Virus record (IMG/VR): IMGVR_UViG_3300034072_000926
Location: 372,001 to 436,000 of that record
Length of the DNA stretch: 64,000 nt
Reading direction: 5' to 3' (one strand)
Shown here: piece after piece, positions 35,954 to 46,107 of the stretch
Layout of the letters: the number at the start of each line of letters is the position of its first letter
Position numbering within the stretch: the stretch's first letter is position 1
Program-made: the position numbers and the translations under genes
Notes under the pieces: model-generated
What the model saw: only the letters and a program-made list of their open reading frames with translations
Database searches by the model: none
Told to the model about the DNA's origin: nothing

Positions 35954-36219
35954 TTCTTATCCTTCGCTCTAGCCTGCCTGTCAGACTTCACAGCCTGCAC
36001 TATAGCGTGATAGAGGAACTTCTCCAAGCCTGCACGTGGCGCATCCTTGAAGCCGTCTCGGATGGCCCTCTTTACCTCATCTGGAATACCATCCTCACCG
36101 AATTTTGCACCCTTGGATACCCAGGCCGCATACTCGATCTGAGCAATCGCAACATCAAGGAGATCAGCGTCTGGCTTATCTTGGAAGCCTTCGAGCAAAG
36201 GATGGTCGCGATATTCCAT
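35950..36219 (-). CDS. hypothetical protein
   Basis: TAATG coupling. Confidence 0.7.
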   Translation of the reverse strand: MEYRDHPLLEGFQDKPDADLLDVAIAQIEYAAWVSKGAKFGEDGIPDEVKRAIRDGFKDAPRAGLEKFLYHAIVQAVKSDRQARAKDKK

Positions 36220-36431
36220 TACCGAGCCTTATTCTTGAGCATCGTTTCGAGGAACTGGATCTTCAGCTTCGGAGCGCGAGCCGGCGTAGCCATCTTGGGC
36301 TTGCTGGAGACCACCGGACGGATGCGAGCAGTCATCCCGGTCGCGTAAGCGTCTTCCATCAACTGGGCGCGCTCTGCTGCGGTCATCGGGGCCAGGGTTG
36401 CTGCGGCTGCTGCAATCACGATCGAAAACAT
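36219..36431 (-). CDS. hypothetical protein
   Basis: AAGGAGA SD before MFSIVIAAAAA. Confidence 0.65.
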   Translation of the reverse strand: MFSIVIAAAAATLAPMTAAERAQLMEDAYATGMTARIRPVVSSKPKMATPARAPKLKIQFLETMLKNKAR

Positions 36432-36502
36432 CTGTATCTCCTTGTTGTCTTGCAACCTGGTATATAGGTTTTCAACAAGGAGTCAACACCTAATCTCCTG
36501 AA

Positions 36503-36727
36503 TCACGCATAGATGGTTTCGCTGACCGTCCAGTCGTTTTCGTTGCACCACTGTTCTGCCTCAGCAAGATCACCTGCCTTGTAGAGATAGTCGTAATTGT
36601 CGTCCTTGAGACCATAGCGGAGATTCTCAAGTGAATCGTCCTCCTCCATGATGTCCTCAAATACGTTTGAGAACAGGACGAATACCGCGCCGTCACAATC
36701 GACAAGGGTCGCAGGTTTATCCGACAT
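36503..36727 (-). CDS. hypothetical acidic protein
   Basis: GAGGAG SD. Confidence 0.7.
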   Translation of the reverse strand: MSDKPATLVDCDGAVFVLFSNVFEDIMEEDDSLENLRYGLKDDNYDYLYKAGDLAEAEQWCNENDWTVSETIYA

Positions 36728-37226
36728 TCACGTTCTCCTCAAAGAACTGGTTCGCGTCCTCGACATAGCGGAAAGCATAGAGGATGCCATTTGCGGCGCG
36801 CCAGGTGTATCGATGTTCGCTTATCACTTCACTCGGTATCATATCGAAATGCGGAATGAACACACAATACCAAGTTGATGCCGAACCTGAACGAGTCGTG
36901 ACCATACGTTCGGCCCACTTCGGAAGTGAAGCATTTCGCTTCAGATAATCCGACACGCATTCACCATGGTGAACGTCGTCCGTTGACAGATTGTCGAGAA
37001 CTTCCATACGCTCGATTTCAGACTGGACGACGCGCTTGGTAATCTCGAGAGCATTTGGATTAGAATGCTCGAGGAACTTCAGCGCAACGGTGTCGGAATT
37101 GTAGGGATAGAGTTGAATTCGACGCTGACGATGCAAACGAATGAGCTGAATCGGAGCATCAAAGGAAAGATGATATGCGCCTGACCATTTCGATTTGGCT
37201 TTTACGCGCTTGTTCAGAAGAATCAT
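36717..37226 (-). CDS. hypothetical protein
   Basis: ATGA overlap; C-terminal YAFRYVEDANQFF. Confidence 0.65.
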   Translation of the reverse strand: MILLNKRVKAKSKWSGAYHLSFDAPIQLIRLHRQRRIQLYPYNSDTVALKFLEHSNPNALEITKRVVQSEIERMEVLDNLSTDDVHHGECVSDYLKRNASLPKWAERMVTTRSGSASTWYCVFIPHFDMIPSEVISEHRYTWRAANGILYAFRYVEDANQFFEENVNVG

Positions 37227-37858
37227 ACCAACTCCCAATCAGAATCCTTAACATCCAGGCGAGCCGAGAACTTCTCGATCATCACGCTAACATCCTGGAA
37301 CAACTGCTCGTCACCATCCTTCAGACCGGGCAGCACATCAGCCTTTTCCTGCACCCACTTGCGGGCAAAACCGGGGTCATTGGCAACAATGCTGGGCATG
37401 TTGGACTTGATGTCGGCGAGCTTGACAGTCTGCCGCTCCGGCGTTGCCCGCCAGGCATGCTCCTTGTCAATGTCCTTCCGAACCTTGCGATTCCCGTCGG
37501 ACAGCTGACTCACGTCAGTTACCTCGTAGACACCGGTCACAATCTGGCTCGCGACATCATCGCCAAACCTCTTGCCGAACGCCTCACGGATATCACCGAG
37601 TCCCTTGTGGGTATCCTCAACCACGTCATGCAACAGCGCAACAGCAATCGTCACGGAATCGTTGTGCTTGGACAACGACACCATCTTTGCAACTTGGATA
37701 GGATGAACCTCATAGTGGGCACCACTATACTTGCGACGCTGGCCTCCCAGCTCAGGGTCAGGCTTCAGCGCATGATTGCGATGTGCGTCGATCATGAACT
37801 CCATCGCAAAAATCACGATGGAATCCTGCATCACGTCATATGTGGTCTCGTTTGTCAT
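37223..37858 (-). CDS. RelA/SpoT-type HD hydrolase (small alarmone hydrolase/Mesh1-like)
   Basis: AH..Q.RK.SG..Y..HP..VA, ALLHDVVEDT, VKLADIKSN. Confidence 0.85.
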   Translation of the reverse strand: MTNETTYDVMQDSIVIFAMEFMIDAHRNHALKPDPELGGQRRKYSGAHYEVHPIQVAKMVSLSKHNDSVTIAVALLHDVVEDTHKGLGDIREAFGKRFGDDVASQIVTGVYEVTDVSQLSDGNRKVRKDIDKEHAWRATPERQTVKLADIKSNMPSIVANDPGFARKWVQEKADVLPGLKDGDEQLFQDVSVMIEKFSARLDVKDSDWELV

Positions 37859-37899
37859 GCTCTGTGCATAACATAGGTGACCTGTTTGTCAACCAAAAG

Positions 37900-38346
37900 T
37901 TATCCGACGATTTTCAGGAAATGGTCATTCCATGTCAACTTGAACCAAGCTGCGGTGCTCTTGTCAAACAATCGTATAATAATGACATGCTGCGATATCA
38001 CGGGAGCCTTTGCTCCTAAAGCGACAAGATACGAATCCTTGAACTCAACCTCTCGTTTGTCGACTTTAACCTCAAAGAGAATGTTCATCCCATTAAGCCA
38101 AGCAATCGAGGGATGCTTCTTTGCCGCGACTAACCGAGCCCTGTCCCAGCCCTCGGGATTTGTTTCAAGACTTCTGATACGACGCAACTCCTCAGAAGCA
38201 TCGGCTAGCGGCATATTGAGATACTTTGCCTTCTTAAGGAAGTCTCTCTCGAGTTTTTCGATCTTAACTTTGGGCGGTGGTTTGACGACCGACGAATCTA
38301 GGGCGAGAGCAAATTCTATCATTAGCGCCTCCAAGACACGACACAA
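37900..38346 (-). CDS. hypothetical protein with C-terminal AAWFKLTW tag
   Basis: IRLFDKSTAAWFKLTW. Confidence 0.65.
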   Translation of the reverse strand: MCRVLEALMIEFALALDSSVVKPPPKVKIEKLERDFLKKAKYLNMPLADASEELRRIRSLETNPEGWDRARLVAAKKHPSIAWLNGMNILFEVKVDKREVEFKDSYLVALGAKAPVISQHVIIIRLFDKSTAAWFKLTWNDHFLKIVG

Positions 38347-38446
38347 ATCCTTCCAGAGAAGCTTATCTGTGCGCTTTGAGTCAAGGTCATCTTCCTTAAA
38401 TACAGCGTTGCCAGTCTAGAGTCAAGCTGGTAAGATCGGAGGCATA

Positions 38447-39007
38447 GTGAAGAAGCTCGTCCTTGCAGCTTGTTTGTTTCTGACTGGATGCGCTACCGCA
38501 TCACGCGATACCTATCCTATTCGTTCCGCCACTGAAGAGATGCTCATCAGCGAAGCCGCAGAAGATGCAGCTCGTCAGATAATCATCACGATTCCCAAGG
38601 GACGACGCTGCTATCTTGATACCACAAACTTCGAGGGACTCGATGGTCGTTATGCAGTCTCGGCCGTGCGACAGAAGCTCTTAGAGCAAGGAATCGCACT
38701 TATGGAAACAAGGTTAGAAGCTGACACAATCATTGAGATAAGGACTGGCGTTCTCTCCATCGACAGCATCGGCAAGAGCATCATGATCCCCGCCATTCCA
38801 ATTGGACAGATCATCCCTCAGATCACCACACCACTATCCTATAACCAGTGGTCGCGTCGCCGAGACGAGGGTATCGCCAAGATCAGTGCCTTTGCGTATG
38901 ACAAGAAGACTGGAACCCTCTTGAGCGTAGCTGAGTCTGTTATTGGCAGGTCACATCGTCGCCGAATTAACGGACAACAGGTCGTCGTCTCTAAACAAGC
39001 GAACTGA
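38447..39007 (+). CDS. lipoprotein (DUF6655-like)
   Basis: LFLTGC lipobox; RSATEEMLISEA; GGAGG SD. Confidence 0.7.
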   Translation: MKKLVLAACLFLTGCATASRDTYPIRSATEEMLISEAAEDAARQIIITIPKGRRCYLDTTNFEGLDGRYAVSAVRQKLLEQGIALMETRLEADTIIEIRTGVLSIDSIGKSIMIPAIPIGQIIPQITTPLSYNQWSRRRDEGIAKISAFAYDKKTGTLLSVAESVIGRSHRRRINGQQVVVSKQAN

Positions 39008-39659
39008 CGATCTTCTCCGGATCAGAGGTCAAAATCGTCCTCTCCAGATCCAAATTAGCCTTAGCATGTTTCACCAGTCGTTTTGCCTGGTGGGTATAGA
39101 ACATGAGTGCTGGATCAATTGTGGAAAGGAACTTGAGCCTATTCTCCACATAGACGTCCTTGCCGTAGATACTATATTCGCGCCAGATGTTCTTGGCATA
39201 TTCCAAATAATGATGGTCAGGGCACAGAAAGATGTGCATATCCGCATCGCTCATCATCTTGTAGATCAGCGATGCATCAGCATCCGGCTTATGGTTTGCG
39301 GTCATTCGAATGAGACTGGCGACCAGATTGCTCTTTGCAACGATCTTCTGATAAATCCCGCTTGCCTTGCTATATACCTCCCATTGCTGGGCCGACATTT
39401 CCTCATTGTCCTTGCGCATAACATAATAGACAACGTCATGATAGAACAGTGCAAACTTGACCAGAACAGCATCTTCGCCGTTGCCATAATGACGATTCAC
39501 AAAACGGATGCACTCAGCAATGTGCTGGAATGTATGATAGAACCGTCCAGGCTCACTGTAAGCAGTGCGAAGACGGAAGAACTCTTTCAGAGACGGACGA
39601 ACACCCACGGCCAAGTGGATGGACACCCATTCCTTGAATAGAAACAAATCGTTCTTCAT
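38991..39659 (-). CDS. HD-superfamily phosphohydrolase (COG4339-like)
   Basis: YSEPGRFYHT..H, FYHDVVY, DNEEMSA, DADM, IWREY. Confidence 0.8.
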   Translation of the reverse strand: MKNDLFLFKEWVSIHLAVGVRPSLKEFFRLRTAYSEPGRFYHTFQHIAECIRFVNRHYGNGEDAVLVKFALFYHDVVYYVMRKDNEEMSAQQWEVYSKASGIYQKIVAKSNLVASLIRMTANHKPDADASLIYKMMSDADMHIFLCPDHHYLEYAKNIWREYSIYGKDVYVENRLKFLSTIDPALMFYTHQAKRLVKHAKANLDLERTILTSDPEKIVSSLV

Positions 39660-39684
39660 ACGTCCTCTCTACCACTATACAGGA

Positions 39685-40053
39685 TTATTGCTTCAAATCA
39701 ACAGGAGTTATTTCCTTTGGAGCATCCGGACGAGTCTCGCCGATGCTCTTCAGCTTTTCGTCCTGTTCTTTCTGTAGTTCTGCCTCTCGTTGCGCAGCAT
39801 TCATGTCCATCAGGTCATTGCATTCGCCCCTCGTGAACACGCCATCGGCTTTAGATTTCAGAATGAAGATCCTGAAATTGGGATGGGTTTCATAGAAGGA
39901 CTCGAACAGACTGTAGCAGGAATCTGAGGCACGTTCGTTGTCACGATGGTGGTTCATGTAATAGGGAAAGCCTACCCCAAAACCCACTATCACTGCACAA
40001 CATGAAGCGAACAGTAAAGCTGATGATCGATTAGACAATCTCTTCCTCCTCAA
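39685..40053 (-). CDS. membrane-anchored hypothetical protein
   Basis: N-terminal TM. Confidence 0.65.
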   Translation of the reverse strand: MRRKRLSNRSSALLFASCCAVIVGFGVGFPYYMNHHRDNERASDSCYSLFESFYETHPNFRIFILKSKADGVFTRGECNDLMDMNAAQREAELQKEQDEKLKSIGETRPDAPKEITPVDLKQ

Positions 40054-41668
40054 TCAACACGCCTGCTCGAATCCTCAAAATGTTGATGCAGTTCTCAAGA
40101 CCATACGCCTCAATGAATGCACCGAACCGAGGACCATCACTGGATCCCAACAGGCACTCGTATAGCGCCTGGAACCAAGAACGCAAAGGTTCAAATCCAT
40201 GTGCCTTGCCAACCTCATATACCTGATACTGGTAATGATCAGCCGTCATGTTGGGCAGCATTGCCTCAAGGCGAGTAGCAAGGTCGATGAACGCATCAGC
40301 TTCCTGAACCGTTGGTTCCCGACATTCACGATCATACAGACCACGCTCAGTCGCGTAGCGGATGACCTTGTTGGCCTTGATGAGAACCTGCAACCGCTGC
40401 TGGAAGTCAAGTGGTCGAGACTGTTCGAGGTAGCTGACCAGCGTTTCAGCGTCCGAAGCCTGGCTGACCACGCTCAAGTTGAGCAATAGGCTATACGCCA
40501 CATCGACGATCGGTTCGGCGATCCCATTCTCAGTGAAGAACCACGCAGCATCGTTCGGAGTGAGCGGTCGCCCAAGCATCTTCAGATAGTCGTCTTCCAT
40601 CTTGGGAACAAGATCGATATGAATCGGCTTAGATGCAGTCGGCTTCTGGAACAGGAAGAGCATGAGCGATTCCTTAGAGCCATAGGACAACCAGTCCTCA
40701 ATCGAAAAGCCATTGCCCTTCGACTTGCTGATCTTCTTGCCCTCTGCGTCGAGGAAGAGTTCATAGGTCATGCCAACTGGAGGTGTCCCGCCGATTGCAC
40801 GACAGATCTTCCGAGAAGCCGTAACCGAATCAATGAGATCCTTGCCGGACATTTCGTAGTCCACATCAAAGTGAGCCCAGCGCATTGCCCAGTCCACCTT
40901 CCACTGAAGCTTGGAGCGACCATTACCCGTTGGGCTCGTCACCGCCGTGACATCATCCCTTCCGGTTTCCCACGTGAGCTGGCGCCCGGGGATCACCATT
41001 TCGCGCGAGACACCCTCATTGAGGAGTCGTCCCTCAAAAAGCGGCATGAATGGACTGTAGGTTGCGCGGCGCTCCTCACCCAGTGTGGGCAGCATCACGC
41101 CCTGAATGGCATCGTAATTGTCCCAGATGCGATCCAGCATTTCGTTGAACTTGCCCGACCGGTAATAGTCAGAGGAGCTCACGAAGGATACGCGACTCCG
41201 ATCCGGCGAGCTGCCGACCACCGAGCCATCGTAGGTCTTGAGAATGTCGTCAACAAACCGCACCAGACGATCGTTGTTAGCGCCCGCAAAGCTGCCTGCA
41301 TACTGGTCGGCATCGTTGGCCACGCACTCGTCCATTTCCGGATAAGGATTTGGAACCGTGCTCAGCGGCTTGCCCAGATAATCCTGCATCCACGCGGGCA
41401 TCCCATCAGGAACCTTCCGCATCGCGTCGTAGTCGTCGCTGAACATGATAAGTCGAGTCTGATACGCCTTGTCAGTCAGCGTATCAAATGCCTTCATAAC
41501 CCAAAGGGTGCGAACAACTTCTGCGAACGTGCCGATATGCGGCGCACCCGAGGGACCATAGCCGGTCTCGAACGTCACGACATCACCAGGCTTCTTCCCC
41601 TTCTTCTCAATATGCTTGAGAAGTGAACGGGCCTCTTGGAAGGGCCAGCTCTTTGCCTGAGTAGTCAC
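40031..41668 (-). CDS. lysS: lysine--tRNA ligase, class I
   Basis: SWPFQEA, FETGYGPSGAPHIGTFAEV, KLQWKVDW, EMSGKDL, KISKSKGNG, GPRFG; AAGGAGG SD before GTG. Confidence 0.92.
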   Translation of the reverse strand: MTTQAKSWPFQEARSLLKHIEKKGKKPGDVVTFETGYGPSGAPHIGTFAEVVRTLWVMKAFDTLTDKAYQTRLIMFSDDYDAMRKVPDGMPAWMQDYLGKPLSTVPNPYPEMDECVANDADQYAGSFAGANNDRLVRFVDDILKTYDGSVVGSSPDRSRVSFVSSSDYYRSGKFNEMLDRIWDNYDAIQGVMLPTLGEERRATYSPFMPLFEGRLLNEGVSREMVIPGRQLTWETGRDDVTAVTSPTGNGRSKLQWKVDWAMRWAHFDVDYEMSGKDLIDSVTASRKICRAIGGTPPVGMTYELFLDAEGKKISKSKGNGFSIEDWLSYGSKESLMLFLFQKPTASKPIHIDLVPKMEDDYLKMLGRPLTPNDAAWFFTENGIAEPIVDVAYSLLLNLSVVSQASDAETLVSYLEQSRPLDFQQRLQVLIKANKVIRYATERGLYDRECREPTVQEADAFIDLATRLEAMLPNMTADHYQYQVYEVGKAHGFEPLRSWFQALYECLLGSSDGPRFGAFIEAYGLENCINILRIRAGVLIEEEEIV

Positions 41669-41740
41669 GTATGCCTCCTTGAATACTATCAAGCTGCAAC
41701 GTATAGACAATCACACAGGTGTCAACCTATTTAGGAGGAC

Positions 41741-42193
41741 TCAAAGATATCGGCTATTCACACCACGGAATTTGAGACCTCGCATCCTACGAACTTTCAC
41801 AGTCTTCTTGAAAGCCATCATCTCTTTAACCGTATAGTTGATCTCAGGCCATTTGGCCATACGTCCATAGATATACTCACTTCGACGAGCAATGTGATTA
41901 CGGTAATATACCTCGGTGCGACTGAGATTATTAACATTCTTCTTGAAAATAAGAATGTTGTTATGACGGCGCTTCATAAACGCCGTATATTCTGTATCAG
42001 TTGGATTGAGCTGTCGTAGGCGTTGATTGCGATCACGAACAGTCGTTGCATGATAACGCTTCATCGACAGATAGCCTGCCATTTCTCCATTTAGACTGGA
42101 GATCTTAGCCCGTGCATGTTCCATCCCAGCTTCCTCATAGAGCTTGATGAAGAACTCAGGGTTGCTGTAGAGATGTTCAATCGTAGGTTTCAT
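41741..42193 (-). CDS. hypothetical basic protein
   Basis: TAATG coupling. Confidence 0.65.
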   Translation of the reverse strand: MKPTIEHLYSNPEFFIKLYEEAGMEHARAKISSLNGEMAGYLSMKRYHATTVRDRNQRLRQLNPTDTEYTAFMKRRHNNILIFKKNVNNLSRTEVYYRNHIARRSEYIYGRMAKWPEINYTVKEMMAFKKTVKVRRMRGLKFRGVNSRYL

Positions 42194-42489
42194 TACGCGA
42201 CCTTGGTGAGAATGCCGTAGATGTTCTTTATTGTCGTCCAGCCATTCACATGACCATGGTTATTTGAGATCTGAAACTGATCCCCGCGCACCGCAGAGAC
42301 AAGATGAAGGTATTGATTACCCCTGACCTTGCATAGCACAATGTCACCCTTTTGCGGGGGAGACGAGACAGGTGCAACGGTGCAAAGCTGTCCCGAGGAG
42401 ATCCTTCCAGTCATGGAGTTACCACGGGGACGAAACTCAATAGTCTCGCCAGCTTCTAGCTTCTTGATATATTGGGTAGCCCAGCTCAT
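42193..42489 (-). CDS. S24/S26 peptidase-like protein
   Basis: FRPRGNSMTGRI.SG, KGDIVL, YLHLV. Confidence 0.75.
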   Translation of the reverse strand: MSWATQYIKKLEAGETIEFRPRGNSMTGRISSGQLCTVAPVSSPPQKGDIVLCKVRGNQYLHLVSAVRGDQFQISNNHGHVNGWTTIKNIYGILTKVA

Positions 42490-42636
42490 AAGCCACGTTA
42501 CAGAGTGGCATTACCTGTAGTCAAGATGTTCCTGAAGGGCATTACGAATGCCACGCCGTATGACATCCTTTTTATTGCAGTTATCGAATCTATTACTGTA
42601 TAAAAAGGGTTAATAAAAACAGAACTGGAGAATGGT

Positions 42637-44100
42637 ATGCTGGCGCCAAAACAGCTAGACACGACCAAAGACCTTACAATGAAAGGCGGCAGAATCTATC
42701 TAGTCGATGGCGACGCGTCATCTGTAAGCCTAGGGTTCCGTGACCATCCCAATACTGGCTTTTACCGATCGAGTGATGGCTCCATGGGCTTTGCACAGAA
42801 CGGCGTTAGTCGTCTGCATATCAATCCCTTGGGTGTTATCTCAGGTGCGTTTTCCGGCTCTATAACAGGGTCTGCTGATACAGCAGTCAAGCTATCAAGT
42901 TCAAGGACTTTCTCACTCACAGGGGATGCAACAGCATCTGTGACTAGCGATTTGGCAACTGGTGTGAGTCTAGCCGTTACCTTGAAAGATATCGTTGGTT
43001 TAACACCTGGAACTTATAATTCCTTGACTGTTGATCAGAAAGGTCGCATTACTAGCGGCACTGTCATCAGTTTCACAAAGTCCCTTGTTGGACTTGGTAA
43101 TGCAGATAACACCTCAGATGCCCTAAAACCAATCAGCAATGCAACTCAGGCTGCACTGAACCTCAAGCTCAACAGTAGCGCATTCGTGCCTGTTGGCAAT
43201 ACGAGCGAAGTCATCTATAACAATGCCGGTGCTTGGGGATCGGCATCTAATTTGATGGTAGAGGGTGGCTATCTCAAACTCGCTGCCAGTCTTCCTACAA
43301 TTGCAACCAACGGTGTCATACTAGGTGCTAAGGATCATGCGGGTCGAACAATGCCTGCATGGGTCGACAGCAACGGTCTTGATATAACACCCCAGCCGCA
43401 TATTGGTAGGAATTGTGTAAGTCAATGGACTCCACAATTCGGCGCTACAACACTCAGCATATGGGGCATGTCAACCGCAACTGCAACTGGCACGGCAACT
43501 GCAAGAAGTCCAGCAAACACAAGTCTCCTTGCAAGCTTGCGTCGCACTGGCTTTGTGAGTGCAGGAACAAGCGGTAGCCTTTGTGGCTATCGTCAACCCA
43601 CTGCCCAATGGTGGAGGGGTAATGTCGCGGGCGCTGGTGGCTTCCATTATATCCACACCTTCGGCATCTCAGATGCTTCCACGTTGAGCACGGCTAAGAT
43701 GTTTGTGGGATTATCAGCTTCGACCGCGGCGCCCACCAACGTAGAGCCCAATACTCTAGTCAATAGTGTTGGACTTGGAAAGATGTCAACGTCCGCGAAC
43801 CTCTGCATCATCACAAACGATGCAACGACAGGCTTCACTCCAATTGATCTCGGAGTCAACTTCCCAGGGACCGTGGTAGGTGACATCTATACCTTGACCT
43901 TATTTGCTCCACCCAACGGTAGCTTTATCGGATATAAGGTCGAGAGAGTGACAACAGGTATGAGTGTATCGGGCACACTTACCACAGACCTACCGGTTAA
44001 CACCACATTCCTCACCTTACAGTCATGGCGAACAAATAGCACCATTTTGGCCGCCGCTGGACTGGACCTCATTAGTCTCTATATCGAAACTGATAATTGA
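42637..44100 (+). CDS. tail fibre / virion structural protein
   Basis: NTGFYR, PGTYNSLTVDQKGRITSG, VGLGNADNTSDALKPISNATQAAL; Gly/Thr/Ser-rich. Confidence 0.8.
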   Translation: MLAPKQLDTTKDLTMKGGRIYLVDGDASSVSLGFRDHPNTGFYRSSDGSMGFAQNGVSRLHINPLGVISGAFSGSITGSADTAVKLSSSRTFSLTGDATASVTSDLATGVSLAVTLKDIVGLTPGTYNSLTVDQKGRITSGTVISFTKSLVGLGNADNTSDALKPISNATQAALNLKLNSSAFVPVGNTSEVIYNNAGAWGSASNLMVEGGYLKLAASLPTIATNGVILGAKDHAGRTMPAWVDSNGLDITPQPHIGRNCVSQWTPQFGATTLSIWGMSTATATGTATARSPANTSLLASLRRTGFVSAGTSGSLCGYRQPTAQWWRGNVAGAGGFHYIHTFGISDASTLSTAKMFVGLSASTAAPTNVEPNTLVNSVGLGKMSTSANLCIITNDATTGFTPIDLGVNFPGTVVGDIYTLTLFAPPNGSFIGYKVERVTTGMSVSGTLTTDLPVNTTFLTLQSWRTNSTILAAAGLDLISLYIETDN

Positions 44101-44110
44101 CTCACCGGCG

Positions 44111-44187
44111 TAAGCCAAAGCCTTCCCCCGAATACAGGTAAAGGGGACTCTTCCGGTATTGAAGAGTCCCCTAGTTCGGGCGGCTTA
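44111..44187. terminator. long nested hairpin between convergent genes
   Basis: 12-bp AGGGGACTCTTC/GAAGAGTCCCCT stem plus CCCGAA/TTCGGG and TAAGCC/GGCTTA. Confidence 0.55.
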
Positions 44188-44219
44188 TTGGATTGGCTGT
44201 GGGGTTGGATGCGCGGCAG

Positions 44220-44555
44220 TTAGCTGTTCTTTTTCGTCCACTTATCCAGATATTTCGTCAGTTCGGGACTGGCCTTACCCGTTCCGAAAACTCGATTTAT
44301 TGCGAGTGCCTGTTGCAGATCCTGAGCGTTCATCGGCTGCGCGAACGGCTTGTTCTGTGACAGCTTGCGGAAACAGGCGTTCAGTGCGCCCTGTTCGGTC
44401 GTGAAGTCGATGCCGTTGAGCCAGCTCTTGTCCGGCTTCTCGCACAGGAATTCGTAGGTGTCGTCATCGTGATGGATGAGGCAGATCTTCATCTGGGTCA
44501 GGAAATCTGCGAAACGAGGATGGGTCAGGCTTTCAAGCTTCGTGAAGGACTTCAT
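44220..44555 (-). CDS. hypothetical protein
   Basis: AAGGAGA SD. Confidence 0.7.
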   Translation of the reverse strand: MKSFTKLESLTHPRFADFLTQMKICLIHHDDDTYEFLCEKPDKSWLNGIDFTTEQGALNACFRKLSQNKPFAQPMNAQDLQQALAINRVFGTGKASPELTKYLDKWTKKNS

Positions 44556-44564
44556 GGTATCTCC

Positions 44565-45074
44565 TTAAAAGGTATTGCGGTCCTTGTCGAAGGTAACTTC
44601 GCGGACATTCATTTGGACGAGAGTGTGGGCGCTCTGCGGCAATTCCTGCGTGTCGAAGGACACGTTGATGTTATCACGGAAAAGGAATCCGGGGCCGTGG
44701 TGAAGGGTAACGAATACCGGCGTCGTAGCAAGGGCCTGACATTCCGTCATCGTTGCATATTCGTTCGGGCATTCGTAGAGGATGGCATCGACCGTCATCT
44801 TCTCCATGAAGTCCTGGCTATTGTTCCGGACTTGAACGTCCATCGTGAACGCCGGATTGAACTGGCCGTTGTCACGTTGGATGTTGTCGATGGTGATGCT
44901 GTAGGAGGGGTCCAGACCAGTGACCGTATAGTCACTCTGCCAATCCTTGACCCACTGCACGGCGAGCCAGAGCCCCAAAGCGATCATGAACAAGCGGAAG
45001 AGTTTGAACTGAAACATCAGAGCGAAAATGGCACCGAAAATTACAAATCCGCTAATGCCTCCACTCTTCTGCAT
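44565..45074 (-). CDS. membrane-anchored hypothetical protein
   Basis: N-terminal TMs; cassette unit 45075-45130. Confidence 0.8.
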   Translation of the reverse strand: MQKSGGISGFVIFGAIFALMFQFKLFRLFMIALGLWLAVQWVKDWQSDYTVTGLDPSYSITIDNIQRDNGQFNPAFTMDVQVRNNSQDFMEKMTVDAILYECPNEYATMTECQALATTPVFVTLHHGPGFLFRDNINVSFDTQELPQSAHTLVQMNVREVTFDKDRNTF

Positions 45075-45138
45075 GTTCGATCTCCTTGTTGCCTAATCAC
45101 ACGGATAGCAGAAATAGGAGACAAGTCAACCAGAATTT

Positions 45139-46107
45139 TCAGATATATCGAAGACTGGATATAACGCTGAGATTCGTGAGCTGCCCGCCAAATACCGAAT
45201 AGGGAATTGCGAGGATACCCTTGTCTAAGAGTTCCTCCCAGCTATAGGGAACAACCTGCAAGTAGGAAACTTGCTGGTCACTGATGTAGAAATTGATCTG
45301 AAAATCTCGATGCAATTCCCGTTGCATATTCAACCGAGACGTGAGTATCTGGGAACCGTATGTCATGCAAGCAAAGCGTTCCTTCCGAAGAAGAAACTCA
45401 GCTTTGCGGAAATTCTCCTTATCATCTTCCCAAGTCAATGCCCGGAAGGTAGGAGTGTAGAGGGAAATGTCCTCACTGGGAACCATGCAGACTCCCATCA
45501 TCTTCTCAGAAATGAAGCTCTTAGAGAGGCTATGGAGGAAGATAGCCTGGCCGGTATCCCAGAGACTTTGGGTCAGCTCGTCCATGTCGAAATAGTTGTA
45601 GACGCCGTCGATGACGATGCGACGCTTCTTGTCATGTGCAAGCCATTGAAAGAGAGTTGCACGTTCGCCCATTGAGAGTGGTTCATTGCGCGGCTTGCTA
45701 GGATGACAGAAGAGCAGGAAGTCACCCTGGGGTATATTGGCCAGTGGGTAACTCCGATATGTCACTGTGAGCTGGAATGGATTCCGCTTTGCAAGTTGCA
45801 TATAGACCGGATAGACATCTTCCGGAATAACCCATAGCTTGGCGAAATTTGATTTCAGGAGAACTTCGAGAGAATGACGAACACCCTGAGAGATCAAGGT
45901 ATTAGGCTTGAGGTCACGGGATAGTTTCATTGCATCGAGCCAGAACTCAGCAAGGTGACAGCGGTATGAAACCTCAGGTAGATCATCGGGATGGAAGTTG
46001 CGCGGCTTGAGCCTGCTATTGCGTAGGCGAGACTCGGACAGATCGAGAATGTCCGGCTGTTCGGCGAGGATCTTCTCTTTTGCTTCGATGAAATTCTGAA
46101 GGTTCAC
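45139..46107 (-). CDS. PLP-dependent aminotransferase-like protein (class I/II)
   Basis: SQGVRHSL, PEDVYPVY, IVIDGVY, LHSLSKS. Confidence 0.7.
   Translation of the reverse strand: MNLQNFIEAKEKILAEQPDILDLSESRLRNSRLKPRNFHPDDLPEVSYRCHLAEFWLDAMKLSRDLKPNTLISQGVRHSLEVLLKSNFAKLWVIPEDVYPVYMQLAKRNPFQLTVTYRSYPLANIPQGDFLLFCHPSKPRNEPLSMGERATLFQWLAHDKKRRIVIDGVYNYFDMDELTQSLWDTGQAIFLHSLSKSFISEKMMGVCMVPSEDISLYTPTFRALTWEDDKENFRKAEFLLRKERFACMTYGSQILTSRLNMQRELHRDFQINFYISDQQVSYLQVVPYSWEELLDKGILAIPYSVFGGQLTNLSVISSLRYI

Noticed and set aside
40619-41626. 335-aa + strand ORF
   Set aside because: Antisense shadow of LysRS
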